A stretch of DNA of 63,700 nucleotides, filler included, from Candidatus Tectimicrobiota bacterium (GTDB lineage Bacteria; JACPSX01): NCBI GenBank assembly GCA_016193065.1. It is 5 parts of 5 records of this genome, joined end to end, with 100 filler letters (N's around TTAATTAATTAA, not from the genome) between each part and the next. Parts side by side here need not be neighbours in the genome. Positions count along the whole stretch, not along the records: positions 1 to 25,598 come from JACPSX010000054.1; 4 more parts are not named here. One strand, written 5' to 3'. Below are positions 1-8,887 of this stretch, piece after piece. A program made the translations under genes and the position numbers. The number at the start of each line of letters is the position of its first letter. The stretch's first letter is position 1. The notes under the pieces were generated by a model. That model was not told where the DNA came from and did not search any database. It saw only the letters and a list, made by a program, of their open reading frames with translations.

Positions 1-220
1 CGAGAGCACCGCTCCGATTCCCTCCACTTCCTTGAGCTGCGACAGGGGCACGGAAAAAACCCGTTCCGGGCTTTCAAAAGTTCTCGTCAACCGGGAAAAC
101 AAAACTCCCCCTAACCCCCGCACCACATTGAGAGCAATAAGCCAATGGCGACTTTCCACTCTTCCCCTCTCGGAATGGAGCCCGAGCGAGGTCCTTATTA
201 TACGGGGGCAGGTCCGGGCG

Positions 221-1012
221 TCAAGGGCCGGCGGTGGATTCGACCACGCCCCCCACCGTGAGTTCGCTCAGACTCTTTACGATGCGGGCTGTGGAACTTC
301 CCGCTTGGGTGCTGAGAACGACCAACTCCGCCAGGATTTGTTTCTCCTGGCCGGTTATCTTGGAAGCGGGCCTTTCCGCGCTCCCCTCACGGGCTCCGTA
401 AACGTAAAAGCGGTCTCCTGCGGACACCCCCTGTTGGTTTCCGACGTCCAGGTAGACGATGTCCTCTTCCCCCACTCCCAAGCGATTCCCGCGCAAGGCC
501 ACGATCATCCCGGAAATCTTCTTGGAGCTCCGCCTCGCTTCCCACTGTGCTAAGGGCTGGGAGGGGAGTTCGAGCGGCGCGATCCAGTCACCCGGGCTGA
601 CCTCGGCCAGCGATCTGAGGATAACCCCTTTGGCGTGGGGAAAATTTTCTTCCTGGATCTCGATGATCCCAATGCCCGCCACCAGGCGGCCGAGGGGCTT
701 TTTGCTGCGCGGGTGTCGAACCTCACCGGCGAATCGGAAAACCGCAAACTCTTTCACCCCGGAGGGCAGGCGACTGCGCAAGCGCACGTACACCGGATCG
801 CCTTCCACCAGAGAGAGGCGGGGCTCGGAGCCGCTCGTGATAACTCCGAGGCCCGGCTGCTTCTCCATCGTCAGGTACCCCAGCCCGATCCACTCGATCT
901 TTGCAGCCAGATCCTGCGCGCTTCCGGCGCCGGGAGAACTCAGGACGATTGCTGCCAGCATGGCTATGAGAAGTTTCTTCTTCCAGGTCGAGGTTCGCGT
1001 CACGTTGAACAC
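221..1012 (-). CDS. Secreted protein with FlgT C-terminal-like beta domains
   Basis: Signal peptide (KKKLLIAMLAAIVLSSPGAGSA). Two repeats of a 'VYxxxG..G..GD.F.VY/F' pattern, as in FlgT_C or the C-terminus of LysM proteins. Confidence 0.55.
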   Translation of the reverse strand: MFNVTRTSTWKKKLLIAMLAAIVLSSPGAGSAQDLAAKIEWIGLGYLTMEKQPGLGVITSGSEPRLSLVEGDPVYVRLRSRLPSGVKEFAVFRFAGEVRHPRSKKPLGRLVAGIGIIEIQEENFPHAKGVILRSLAEVSPGDWIAPLELPSQPLAQWEARRSSKKISGMIVALRGNRLGVGEEDIVYLDVGNQQGVSAGDRFYVYGAREGSAERPASKITGQEKQILAELVVLSTQAGSSTARIVKSLSELTVGGVVESTAGP

Positions 1013-1089
1013 CTCCCTTCGCGTAAGCGGAGAATACGCCGGCCACGATAACGAAGAGGGAGGAAATTTGTCAAGGCGATTCCCGGCTT

Positions 1090-1806
1090 TCAGGAGCTGG
1101 GACCCAACACCGGGTAGAGGCGATGGATGTTATCCAGCCACCTCTCCAGGATGGAGAGTATTGCCGCTGCTGACCTATCGGGTGTGTCGCCGGTTGGCAG
1201 GGGTCTGTCGAACTCTGGTGTCTCTTCGCTGGGGGCCGGAAGTGTTTCTGAAGATGGTGCCGCGACGGCAGCACCGGAGAGCTCTGCCGGGATCTCAGGA
1301 ACCTGATCCTCCGCCCCGGAGATTTCCTCGAGGCCGATGTCCTCTGGGTTAAGCTCGGGAAGGTCGTCCCCGCTGAAATCTCTTCCGCGATCTCCCAGCT
1401 CCTGGATCTTCCGATCGTATTTCCGGCTCAGCGGGGCCAATTGTTGCAGAGTTTGGTACTCTTGAATGGCTTTGTCCTCTTGCCCGCGCCGGCAGTACGT
1501 TTCCGCCAAAATTTCCCGGGCCAAAAGATTATTGGGATTGACCTCCAGGACCCGTAAGACCTGGTCCGCGGCTTCTTCCACTTCTCCGCGGTCCAGGTAG
1601 GCCAGCGCCAGATTGACTCGGGCGCTGTGGTAATGGGGGTAGAGCTCCAGCCCATGAAGACAGAGGTCAATGGCCCGATCCGGTTCTCCGTGCTTCCGGT
1701 ATAGGACTGCCAAGGGGAGAAAGAGTCTGCTGTCGGGTTCCGCTTCGAGTCGAAGCCGGTAGACCTCCATCAAGGTCTGGTCATCCAGGACCGGTTTCTT
1801 GCCCAT
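1090..1806 (-). CDS. Tetratricopeptide repeat protein
   Basis: TPR motifs (LAVLYRKHGEPDRAIDLC, LALAYLDRGEVEEAA). Acidic linker and C-terminal 'LERWLDNI' helix. Confidence 0.75.
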   Translation of the reverse strand: MGKKPVLDDQTLMEVYRLRLEAEPDSRLFLPLAVLYRKHGEPDRAIDLCLHGLELYPHYHSARVNLALAYLDRGEVEEAADQVLRVLEVNPNNLLAREILAETYCRRGQEDKAIQEYQTLQQLAPLSRKYDRKIQELGDRGRDFSGDDLPELNPEDIGLEEISGAEDQVPEIPAELSGAAVAAPSSETLPAPSEETPEFDRPLPTGDTPDRSAAAILSILERWLDNIHRLYPVLGPSS

Positions 1807-1831
1807 TCCCGCAGTGTAGCCGATTTGAGGA

Positions 1832-2461
1832 TCAGTGATACAGAAAATCCGCCACGAAAACCCGCTCGATTCCCGGTGGGGACGAGACCCCCTGCGTCTT
1901 GAGCGCTTCCACTGCGGCAGCTGTAATCTGGGTTTTCACCTTCTCCATCCACTGCGGAGATTCCGCAAAGGGGATGCCGTGGGCTGGGTCCAGGAATATC
2001 TTCTCGATGGCCTCCCGGATGGCAGGAATCTGCTCCTGGAGGCGAACCTGGGTCTCGGAGGAGTGTTGGGGATTCAATCCGAAACCGAGTAAGAAGCTGA
2101 GCACGCGCACCTCTCGCGGGGCGTGGACAGGGAGGGCAACAGCGGCAAAGTAAGTGGAGTTGGCCGGGTCGTATTGACCCCGGGCAGCCAGCAAGGCCCG
2201 GTTGGGGTCAAATCCATCCGGGCCCGGGCGCCCTTTGGATGTAGGGGCAGAGGTTGGAGATACGGGGGCAGGGAGGAAGATGAGGCCGCGCAAAAGATAA
2301 ATCGAAAGTGTCGCCGCCGTCAGAGCGATACCCATTCCCAGGAGGAACGGCTTTTGCTTCCACAAGACGGGCTGCGCCGCCTCGGTCGCCACGAACTCTG
2401 GCGAATCGGGTAGTGCAATTTCGGCCTTGTCGATTTCGGTGCGCCGGCGGGTCACAACCAA
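1832..2461 (-). CDS. Single-pass membrane protein, FliL-like
   Basis: One N-terminal TM helix. C-terminal 'IPAIREAI...IERVFVADFLYH' resembles FliL ends. Confidence 0.45.
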   Translation of the reverse strand: MVVTRRRTEIDKAEIALPDSPEFVATEAAQPVLWKQKPFLLGMGIALTAATLSIYLLRGLIFLPAPVSPTSAPTSKGRPGPDGFDPNRALLAARGQYDPANSTYFAAVALPVHAPREVRVLSFLLGFGLNPQHSSETQVRLQEQIPAIREAIEKIFLDPAHGIPFAESPQWMEKVKTQITAAAVEALKTQGVSSPPGIERVFVADFLYH

Positions 2462-2476
2462 TTGTTCCTTGGGAAA

Positions 2477-3652
2477 CTAGGAGGCATGGGCGGCCGCTTT
2501 TTCCTCGGTTTCTACGGTGCTTAGGATATCGCGGGCCTCCTTGAACTTCGGCTCCAGCTCCAGGGCCTTGCGAAACTCCGCGGCGGCCTTGTGCTTTTCC
2601 CCCGCCTCCAGATAGGCCCTCCCCACGTTGTAGTGGAGGACCTCGTCTTCGGGGTCCACCGGGAGGGCCTTCCAGTATTCGTTGATCGCATCCTGATACC
2701 GCCCCTGTTTGCGGAAGGCAATTCCCAGCCGGTTGTAAATATGAACGTCCTGTGGTCTGAGCTTAAGGGCTTCCTGGAAGGCATTGCCGGCCTCCTCCGC
2801 CATTCCGGCTTCCAGGAAGGCTTCCCCGATCTGCATGCGGCGGTCGACGTTGCGAGGGTCCACGTCAACGGCCTTGCTGAAAGCCTGGCGGGCCAGATCC
2901 CCTTTTCCCTCTTTGAGGTAGAGGTGCCCGAGCGCTGTCTGCCGATCCGGATTCCGGGGGCTGATCTTTACGGCGCGCTCCAGAGATTCACGGGCTCTGT
3001 CCCGCTTCCCGCTCTTCTCGAAGTAGTCCGCCAGTGTCTGATACCCCTTGACGTACTGCGGATTTAAATTGATGGCCTCCAGATACTTTTCCTCCGCTTC
3101 CGCTTTTTTCCCCATCTGTTCGTACACTTTCCCGATTCCCTCCAGGACCCGGGCGCTCCTGGGCTTTAGCTCCAGGGCCTTCTCGTACCTGGAGAGTGCT
3201 TTGTCCAGGTGTCCTGCCTCGGCGTCACTTTGAGCGGCTTGCAGCAGGGAATCAAGTTCCGTGGGATTTGCCCTGTGCTCCAGGATTTTTTCGATCTTCT
3301 CCTGCAGAGTGCGGGCCACGAAGGGTTTGATGATGTAGCCGTCCACCTCGGTTTCGGCGGCCTCGGCCACGGTTTCTTCGGCAATCTCCGCAGTCACCAT
3401 GAGGAACGGGATATCTTTGAGCCTGTCGTCTTTGCGGGCCAGGCGTAGGAGTTCAATCCCGGTCATCTCGGGCATGTTCCAGTCGGCGATGACAAAATCG
3501 ATCTTGTGGTGCTTCAACTTGTCCAGGGCTGAGACACCGTAGTCAGCTTCCTCAAAATGAACGTACCCCAGGTGCCTGAGCATATTGCGGATGGTCCGGC
3601 GCATGTTCGCCATGTCATCCACGATGAGAAAGCGCATCTTCGTGTTGGGCAT
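2477..3652 (-). CDS. CheY-like response regulator fused to TPR repeats
   Basis: LIVDD, DWNMPEMTG, LMVTAE and YIIKPF receiver motifs, followed by several TPRs. Confidence 0.9.
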   Translation of the reverse strand: MPNTKMRFLIVDDMANMRRTIRNMLRHLGYVHFEEADYGVSALDKLKHHKIDFVIADWNMPEMTGIELLRLARKDDRLKDIPFLMVTAEIAEETVAEAAETEVDGYIIKPFVARTLQEKIEKILEHRANPTELDSLLQAAQSDAEAGHLDKALSRYEKALELKPRSARVLEGIGKVYEQMGKKAEAEEKYLEAINLNPQYVKGYQTLADYFEKSGKRDRARESLERAVKISPRNPDRQTALGHLYLKEGKGDLARQAFSKAVDVDPRNVDRRMQIGEAFLEAGMAEEAGNAFQEALKLRPQDVHIYNRLGIAFRKQGRYQDAINEYWKALPVDPEDEVLHYNVGRAYLEAGEKHKAAAEFRKALELEPKFKEARDILSTVETEEKAAAHAS

Positions 3653-3681
3653 ACTCGGTCCTTCCCCGGCTTAGCGGGCCG

Positions 3682-4446
3682 TCAGGATTCCAAACTCGTC
3701 CCGGTTCCCACCGGGATCTCAATCCCAAAGGTGCTTCCCTGGTGGTCCTGGCTCTGCACCCAGATCCGGCCGTTGTGAGCCTCGACGGCCATCTTACAAA
3801 AGGTAAGCCCCAGCCCCGTGCTCAGGGGTCTCTTCTTGCCATCCCGTTCAACCTGGGCAAACTTGTGAAAGATCAGTTCCTGGTATTGGTGAGGAATTCC
3901 CTTGCCTTGATCCGTGACCGTGAGCACGACCTGATCCTCGCTCCGGGAACGGGAGAGTTTCAGGACGATCACTCCGTCTTCCGGAGAGTATTCGATGGAA
4001 TTCATGAGCAGATTGAGAACAACCCGCTCCAAGAGGGTGCGGTCCCCCGTGATCGGAACTTCCCCGGCGCCCCTCTGCAAGTCGAAGCGAACCTGTTTAG
4101 CGGCCGCTGTTTTGTGCAGGGACGACATACAGGACTGGACGACCTCTCGAAAGTCGAACTCGTGTCGGTGGACGACCAGGCGCCCCTCTTCCATCTTGTG
4201 AATGTCGAGAAGGTTTAGGACCATCTGGAGGAGGGTATTACAGCCTTGCTGGGCCGTTTCCACGTAGTCCCGCTGGTCTCCCGAGAGATCCTCAGAAGCC
4301 AACAGATCCAGGTTGGCCATGATTTCTCCCAGGGGACCCTTAATATCGTGGATCAGCATGGCCGTCTGCTCTTGCTGCAATGCCAGGAGTTCCTGCAGGC
4401 CCTCAATGTCCCCCTTACGTTTTCTTGTCTTTGCTGTAGCTGGCAC
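3682..4446 (-). CDS. Soluble histidine kinase (HisKA + HATPase) with no sensor domain
   Basis: H-box IHDIKGPL, N-box NLLMNSIEYS, DQGKGI and TGLGL. Confidence 0.85.
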   Translation of the reverse strand: MPATAKTRKRKGDIEGLQELLALQQEQTAMLIHDIKGPLGEIMANLDLLASEDLSGDQRDYVETAQQGCNTLLQMVLNLLDIHKMEEGRLVVHRHEFDFREVVQSCMSSLHKTAAAKQVRFDLQRGAGEVPITGDRTLLERVVLNLLMNSIEYSPEDGVIVLKLSRSRSEDQVVLTVTDQGKGIPHQYQELIFHKFAQVERDGKKRPLSTGLGLTFCKMAVEAHNGRIWVQSQDHQGSTFGIEIPVGTGTSLES

Positions 4447-4498
4447 CGCTGCCTCCCGCCTTGCTCCTGCGCACAGCTCCGGTTATACTCCCGAATTC

Positions 4499-4750
4499 AT
4501 GGCGCATCTCAGCGAGTCCATCCGCTTCCTTATCCAGATTCCGAAACGGGAAATTGTCTATCTTCACGGTCTCCTGGAGGCCTATGAAGGGCTGGCCGTC
4601 GTGCGCACCATCGATCCACTGCAAGGCATCGTGGAACTTTTGGCTTCCCCCTCCTTTGCCGAGGAAGTCGAGGAAGTCCTAAAAAACATCGCCCTGGAAA
4701 TTCCCTTGCGGATCCTTGAGTGCACCACCACCCTCCGTCTTGGCAACTAG
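4499..4750 (+). CDS. DUF4911-like small protein
   Basis: 'EIVYLHGLLEAYEGLAVVRTIDP..GIVEL' pattern. ATG at 4499. Confidence 0.65.
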   Translation: MAHLSESIRFLIQIPKREIVYLHGLLEAYEGLAVVRTIDPLQGIVELLASPSFAEEVEEVLKNIALEIPLRILECTTTLRLGN

Positions 4751-4880
4751 GCCGGCTTTCCGTCCCTTGTCTCTTATCGTCATTGACGGGCAAATCTGAA
4801 CGGTTTTTTCGCCTTGGATGTCCGGTTTCAAGAGGGTGAGGTGAAAGAAGACTGCCAATCGGGAGAAGGGGATAGCGGGT

Positions 4881-5330
4881 TTACCCGATGGCAAGAATTC
4901 CGACGACGGCGACCACGATCCCGCCAATGACGATGAGGCGATTGCCGATCTTGCGAGCCCGGGTCCCCAGGGGACTGGTTTCCGAATCCACAGCAATGGT
5001 ACTGACTTGCTTGCCGTCTACGAAGAAAGCCGAACGAAACGGATTCCGGTAAACCCATTCATAGACCGGCTTGCGACCCTCCAGGGAGCGGAAAAAGAGG
5101 ATGGCTTCGGGGGTCCCCCACTTCTCGAAGACGCCGCGCTCGTCGGGGTTGAGTTCTGAAGCCGCCAGGCGTTCAACTTCCCAGCGAGCTTCCCGCTCCT
5201 CCGTACTCCCAAAGAGGCTGGTCCACAAGGGGGGGGCATTCTTTTCCCGGGCGAGATAGGAGGGCTTGTACCCACAGGCAGACAGGAGAAGGAGGAGAAC
5301 CAGAAAGAGTGCTGCTTTTGGCCGCATCAT
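4881..5330 (-). CDS. Hypothetical lipoprotein with a C-terminal TM helix
   Basis: Lipobox LLLLSAC and a hydrophobic C-terminus. Confidence 0.6.
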   Translation of the reverse strand: MMRPKAALFLVLLLLLSACGYKPSYLAREKNAPPLWTSLFGSTEEREARWEVERLAASELNPDERGVFEKWGTPEAILFFRSLEGRKPVYEWVYRNPFRSAFFVDGKQVSTIAVDSETSPLGTRARKIGNRLIVIGGIVVAVVGILAIG

Positions 5331-5413
5331 TGTCCTTATCCTCCGGGACCTCAAATCGGTTTGACTATAGTCGAGTGCCTCCCCACCTGTCAAACGCATT
5401 CAGAGGGTACCCA

Positions 5414-5476
5414 CCTGTCTGCGTGCGGACCTGCCTGCGCCGCGGCCGGCGCGGCAGGCAGGCACGCACAGGCAGG
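5414..5476. repeat. Nested palindromic REP-like repeat (CCTGYCTG...CAGRCAGG family)
   Basis: Outer unit cctgtctgcgtgcgga|cacgcacaggcagg is interrupted by inner unit cctgcctgc...gcaggcagg (5430-5462). A related single unit lies at 25713-25738. Confidence 0.75.
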
Positions 5477-5549
5477 CGCAGGGGTCTCCTACATAAAAGA
5501 ACCTTTCTTCCTTGACTTGGGGTTTTCCGGCCGATATGTTTAGCGAGCC

Positions 5550-6536
5550 ATGTCCTTAAATTCCAGGGTACTAGAAATCCGCAACCTGAAAACGTACTTC
5601 TTCACTCCGGAAGGCGTGGCGAAGGCGGTCGACGGGGTTTCTTTTACCCTGCACCAGGGGGAGACCCTGGGGCTCGTCGGGGAAAGCGGCTGCGGGAAGA
5701 CCGTGACGGCCCTTTCCATTTTGCGCCTGATCCCTTCTCCTCCCGGCCGGATTGTGGGAGGGCAGGTTCTCCTGGAAGAGAGGGACCTGATTCCCATGGC
5801 AGAGGCGGAGCTGCGGCGCATCCGGGGAAACCAGATTTCCATGATCTTCCAGGAACCCATGACTTCCTTGAACCCCGTGTTTACCATCGGGAACCAGATC
5901 GCCGAAGTTCTCACCCTTCATCAAGGGCTAAACCACCGGGACGCTACCGCAAGAGCGGTTGAACTCCTGGACCGCGTGGGTATCCCTTCTCCCGAGCGGA
6001 GGGTCAAGGAATACCCCCACCAGTTAAGCGGGGGAATGCGGCAAAGAGCGATGATTGCCATGGCTCTAGCTTGCAACCCCCGGGTTCTCATCGCCGATGA
6101 ACCAACGACGGCTCTGGATGTGACCATTCAAGCGCAGATCCTCGATCTGATGGGGAGGCTTAAGGAGGAGTTTCAGACCGCGATCCTTCTCATCACCCAT
6201 GATCTCGGCATCGTAGCGGAAACCGCAAAACGTGTGGTTGTGATGTACGCGGGTAAAGTAGTCGAAGAAGCATCCGTGCAAGAAATCTTCGAAAATCCCA
6301 AGCACCCCTACACTCAGGGATTGCTCAAGTCGATTCCCAGGATCGACCACCATCTGGGATCCCAGAGGGAGCGACTACGGGAAATTCCAGGCACCGTTCC
6401 CAATCTTCTGCGTCTCCCGGGGGGGTGCCCGTTCCACCCTCGCTGCCCCGTGGCCATTGAGCGCTGCTCCCGGGAAGAGCCCCTTCTCGAGCCGAAGGGA
6501 GAGGATCACCTGGCCAGTTGCTGGGTGGCTCGCTGA
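5550..6536 (+). CDS. oppD: Oligopeptide/dipeptide ABC transporter ATP-binding subunit (OppD/DppD family)
   Basis: [27 protein letters not shown] and the HPYT C-terminal domain. Confidence 0.92.
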   Translation: MSLNSRVLEIRNLKTYFFTPEGVAKAVDGVSFTLHQGETLGLVGESGCGKTVTALSILRLIPSPPGRIVGGQVLLEERDLIPMAEAELRRIRGNQISMIFQEPMTSLNPVFTIGNQIAEVLTLHQGLNHRDATARAVELLDRVGIPSPERRVKEYPHQLSGGMRQRAMIAMALACNPRVLIADEPTTALDVTIQAQILDLMGRLKEEFQTAILLITHDLGIVAETAKRVVVMYAGKVVEEASVQEIFENPKHPYTQGLLKSIPRIDHHLGSQRERLREIPGTVPNLLRLPGGCPFHPRCPVAIERCSREEPLLEPKGEDHLASCWVAR

Positions 6537-6555
6537 GATAAGGTCATTGTCTGCG

Positions 6556-7527
6556 ATGGCACAGGAACTTCTAGAAGTAATAGAACTGGTCAAGTACTTT
6601 CCGGTCAAAGGGGGTCTGTTCTCCCGCACCGTGGCGAACGTGCACGCAGTCGACGGGATCAGCTTCACGCTGAGGGAGGGAGAAGCCCTGGGCCTGGTAG
6701 GGGAAAGCGGCTGCGGGAAGACCACCCTGGGCCGCACGATCTTGAGACTTCTGGAACCCACCTCGGGGGAAGCCCGCTTTCAGGGTAAGAACGTCTATTC
6801 CTTAGAGAAGGAGAAAATGAGGGCTCTCCGGCGGGAGATGCAGATTATTTTTCAGGATCCTTACTCCTCTCTCAATCCGAGGCTCACCGTGGGAAGCATC
6901 GTGGGGGAACCTCTGGAGATCCACGGGATCGCCAAGGGGAGGAAGAAAGAGGAGATGGTGGCTACCCTTCTCGAGCGCGTGGGTCTGGAAGCCGATTACA
7001 TGAAGCGCTACCCCCATGAATTTAGCGGAGGCCAGCGCCAGCGCATCGGCATTGCCCGGGCTCTGGCCCTGCGGCCGAAATTCATCGTCGGGGACGAACC
7101 GGTATCCGCCTTGGACGTTTCCATCCAGGCCCAGGTGCTCAACCTCCTGAAGGACCTGCAGGAGGAATTTCATCTCTCTTACCTGATCATTGCCCACGAT
7201 CTCAGCATGGTGGCTTACCTCTGCAATCGGGTCGCCGTCATGTACATGGGCCGCATCGTGGAGATCGCGGACTATAAAGAGATCTTCACGAATCCGCTGC
7301 ACCCGTACACGGAGGCGCTCCTCTCCGCCATTCCGGTCCCCACGCCGGGCAAGAAACGAGACCGCATCATCCTCCAGGGCGACGTTCCCAGCCCCCTGGC
7401 CCCCCCGAAGGGATGCCGATTTCAGAGCCGCTGTCCCTACAAAATCAAAGAATGCGAAGCCACCGATCCACCCCTAAAGGAAGTTGCAGGGGGGCACCAA
7501 GTCGCCTGTCTCCTGAGGTGGAAGTAA
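6556..7527 (+). CDS. oppF: Oligopeptide/dipeptide ABC transporter ATP-binding subunit (OppF/DppF family)
   Basis: [31 protein letters not shown] and HPYTEAL. Confidence 0.92.
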   Translation: MAQELLEVIELVKYFPVKGGLFSRTVANVHAVDGISFTLREGEALGLVGESGCGKTTLGRTILRLLEPTSGEARFQGKNVYSLEKEKMRALRREMQIIFQDPYSSLNPRLTVGSIVGEPLEIHGIAKGRKKEEMVATLLERVGLEADYMKRYPHEFSGGQRQRIGIARALALRPKFIVGDEPVSALDVSIQAQVLNLLKDLQEEFHLSYLIIAHDLSMVAYLCNRVAVMYMGRIVEIADYKEIFTNPLHPYTEALLSAIPVPTPGKKRDRIILQGDVPSPLAPPKGCRFQSRCPYKIKECEATDPPLKEVAGGHQVACLLRWK

Positions 7528-7607
7528 TTGATCGGGAAGCCGCCGGGTATCCTCCTGGGGGACGCCGCGGGAGGACACCCGAAGACCCCTATCCCTCGAT
7601 GGGACGA

Positions 7608-7806
7608 TTAGCCCCAATCCGAAATTCCCCATCGGGGTCATTCGCCTTTGGCCCGCAGGGCCTGTCGCCGGGGCGCCTCCTCGAACCGCGCTACGTCACC
7701 CTGACGAGGGTCCCACTTTCGCGCGGCTCTGCGGGGGCATCCCCGACGCCACCCGCGGGCCAACGGCGCGAATCAACCAAGTTGGTTCTCTTGGGATCAG
7801 CGTTAG
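7608..7806. mobile_element. 199-bp MITE-like hairpin element, copy 1
   Basis: Bounded by TTAG...TTAG. The core 7648-7763 (ttggcccgc...gcgggccaa) has 4 mismatches against 27652-27767. Confidence 0.75.
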
Positions 7807-8393
7807 TTAAGCTGGTAGGATATGAGCTGCCGGTATGTTTTTAGCACCTTTTCCGGGTACTCGGGACTTCCTAGGCTTCCGTTGTAGGCTGCCAGGGCCA
7901 CATCCAGGGCTTTGTAGCGTTGGAGGTAGTGCTTCAAGATAGAAATTCCCATCCACACATTGGTCTCGGGCTCGAAGATCGCCCGGGGGTCTGCCCCTAA
8001 CTCGGTGGTCCAAAAAGGCATCACCTGCATCAACCCCTTGGCCCCGCGGGGAGAAACAGCCTGAGGGTAGCCGGCGCTCTCCACTTTAATGACTGCGACG
8101 ACAAGCTCCCAGGGGATATTGCTGGCCCGTGCATAGCGGACCACGGAACCTGCCACCTGGTCTGCCAATTCCGCATCCATCCCCAGCTCTTTCTGCAGCA
8201 CCCGGGAAGAAATCCTGGCCTCACCGCGGTTTAGAAGTTCGTCGAGCGGGATCCCCCTCTCCGGGTACATTCCCGTCGCGGCGGGGAAGTAGAAGATGCT
8301 AAGGACCAGGAGCGCGATCACACTCCCCAAAAGTCCCAAATTGCACTTTTTCACCCAGTTCAAGAGGTTTTGTACCCATTTACTGGTTTTCAT
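7803..8393 (-). CDS. Lytic transglycosylase (SLT domain) with an N-terminal membrane anchor
   Basis: VIKVES (catalytic Glu), AVSPRGAKGLMQVMP and ALAAYNG. RBS GGAGGA before the ATG at 8393. Confidence 0.9.
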   Translation of the reverse strand: MKTSKWVQNLLNWVKKCNLGLLGSVIALLVLSIFYFPAATGMYPERGIPLDELLNRGEARISSRVLQKELGMDAELADQVAGSVVRYARASNIPWELVVAVIKVESAGYPQAVSPRGAKGLMQVMPFWTTELGADPRAIFEPETNVWMGISILKHYLQRYKALDVALAAYNGSLGSPEYPEKVLKTYRQLISYQLN

Positions 8394-8413
8394 GGTCAGC
8401 TCCTCCATTTGCC

Positions 8414-8457
8414 AAAAAGCCGGGCTGCCGATCCATTTGCTTCGGCAGCCCGGCTTT
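8414..8457 (-). terminator. Intrinsic terminator forming the riboswitch expression platform
   Basis: 16-bp perfect stem 8416-8431/8442-8457 with a T-run on the minus strand. Confidence 0.8.
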
Positions 8458-8532
8458 CGGTCCCTTGAATTTAGGGAGGACGACCCGTGGCTTTGCGCCC
8501 CCCAATTTCTTGGGGTTTGCCTTTTCGGTCTT
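8441..8532 (-). promoter_or_regulatory. c-di-GMP-I (GEMM) riboswitch
   Basis: Minus strand reads GAAAAGGCAAACCCCAAGAAATTGGGGGGCGCAAAGCCACGGGTC...AGCCGGGCTGCCGAA, matching GEMM-I hallmarks (GGCAAAC, GAAA tetraloop, GCGCAAAGC, GGCTGCCG). Confidence 0.9.
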
Positions 8533-8887
8533 TAGGAGCCAGCCCAAGACCGCCTTCTTGATCACCGTCCCTGGCAATTCAGAGAAGTTTTCCATCTCAA
8601 AACATTATGATTTTTCTACGCTTATGTACTTTTTTTCTCCTTGGCCTTAAGGCCCAGCCCCATGAACAACAGTTCTCGGGTGATCTGCTGCTACGGGGTT
8701 TTTGAGGTTCCTTCCCCCCGGGTACCCTCCGGGCGTGCGAAAGGAACGATCTCTGAAAGAATGAGCGGGCTGCTGCCTGGCCTTTTCACTCCCTCATTCG
8801 ATTCTGGCCAGGTGACGCCATTGTGACCCAAGGGAGGGGGAAAAGTCAACCTCTTTCCACGCAAAAAAGCCGGATTTATTTATGATC

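Noticed and set aside
8755-8815. HDV-like ribozyme interpretation of the pseudoknot
   Set aside because: There is no room for P3/L3 and no P1.1 or P4 elements.
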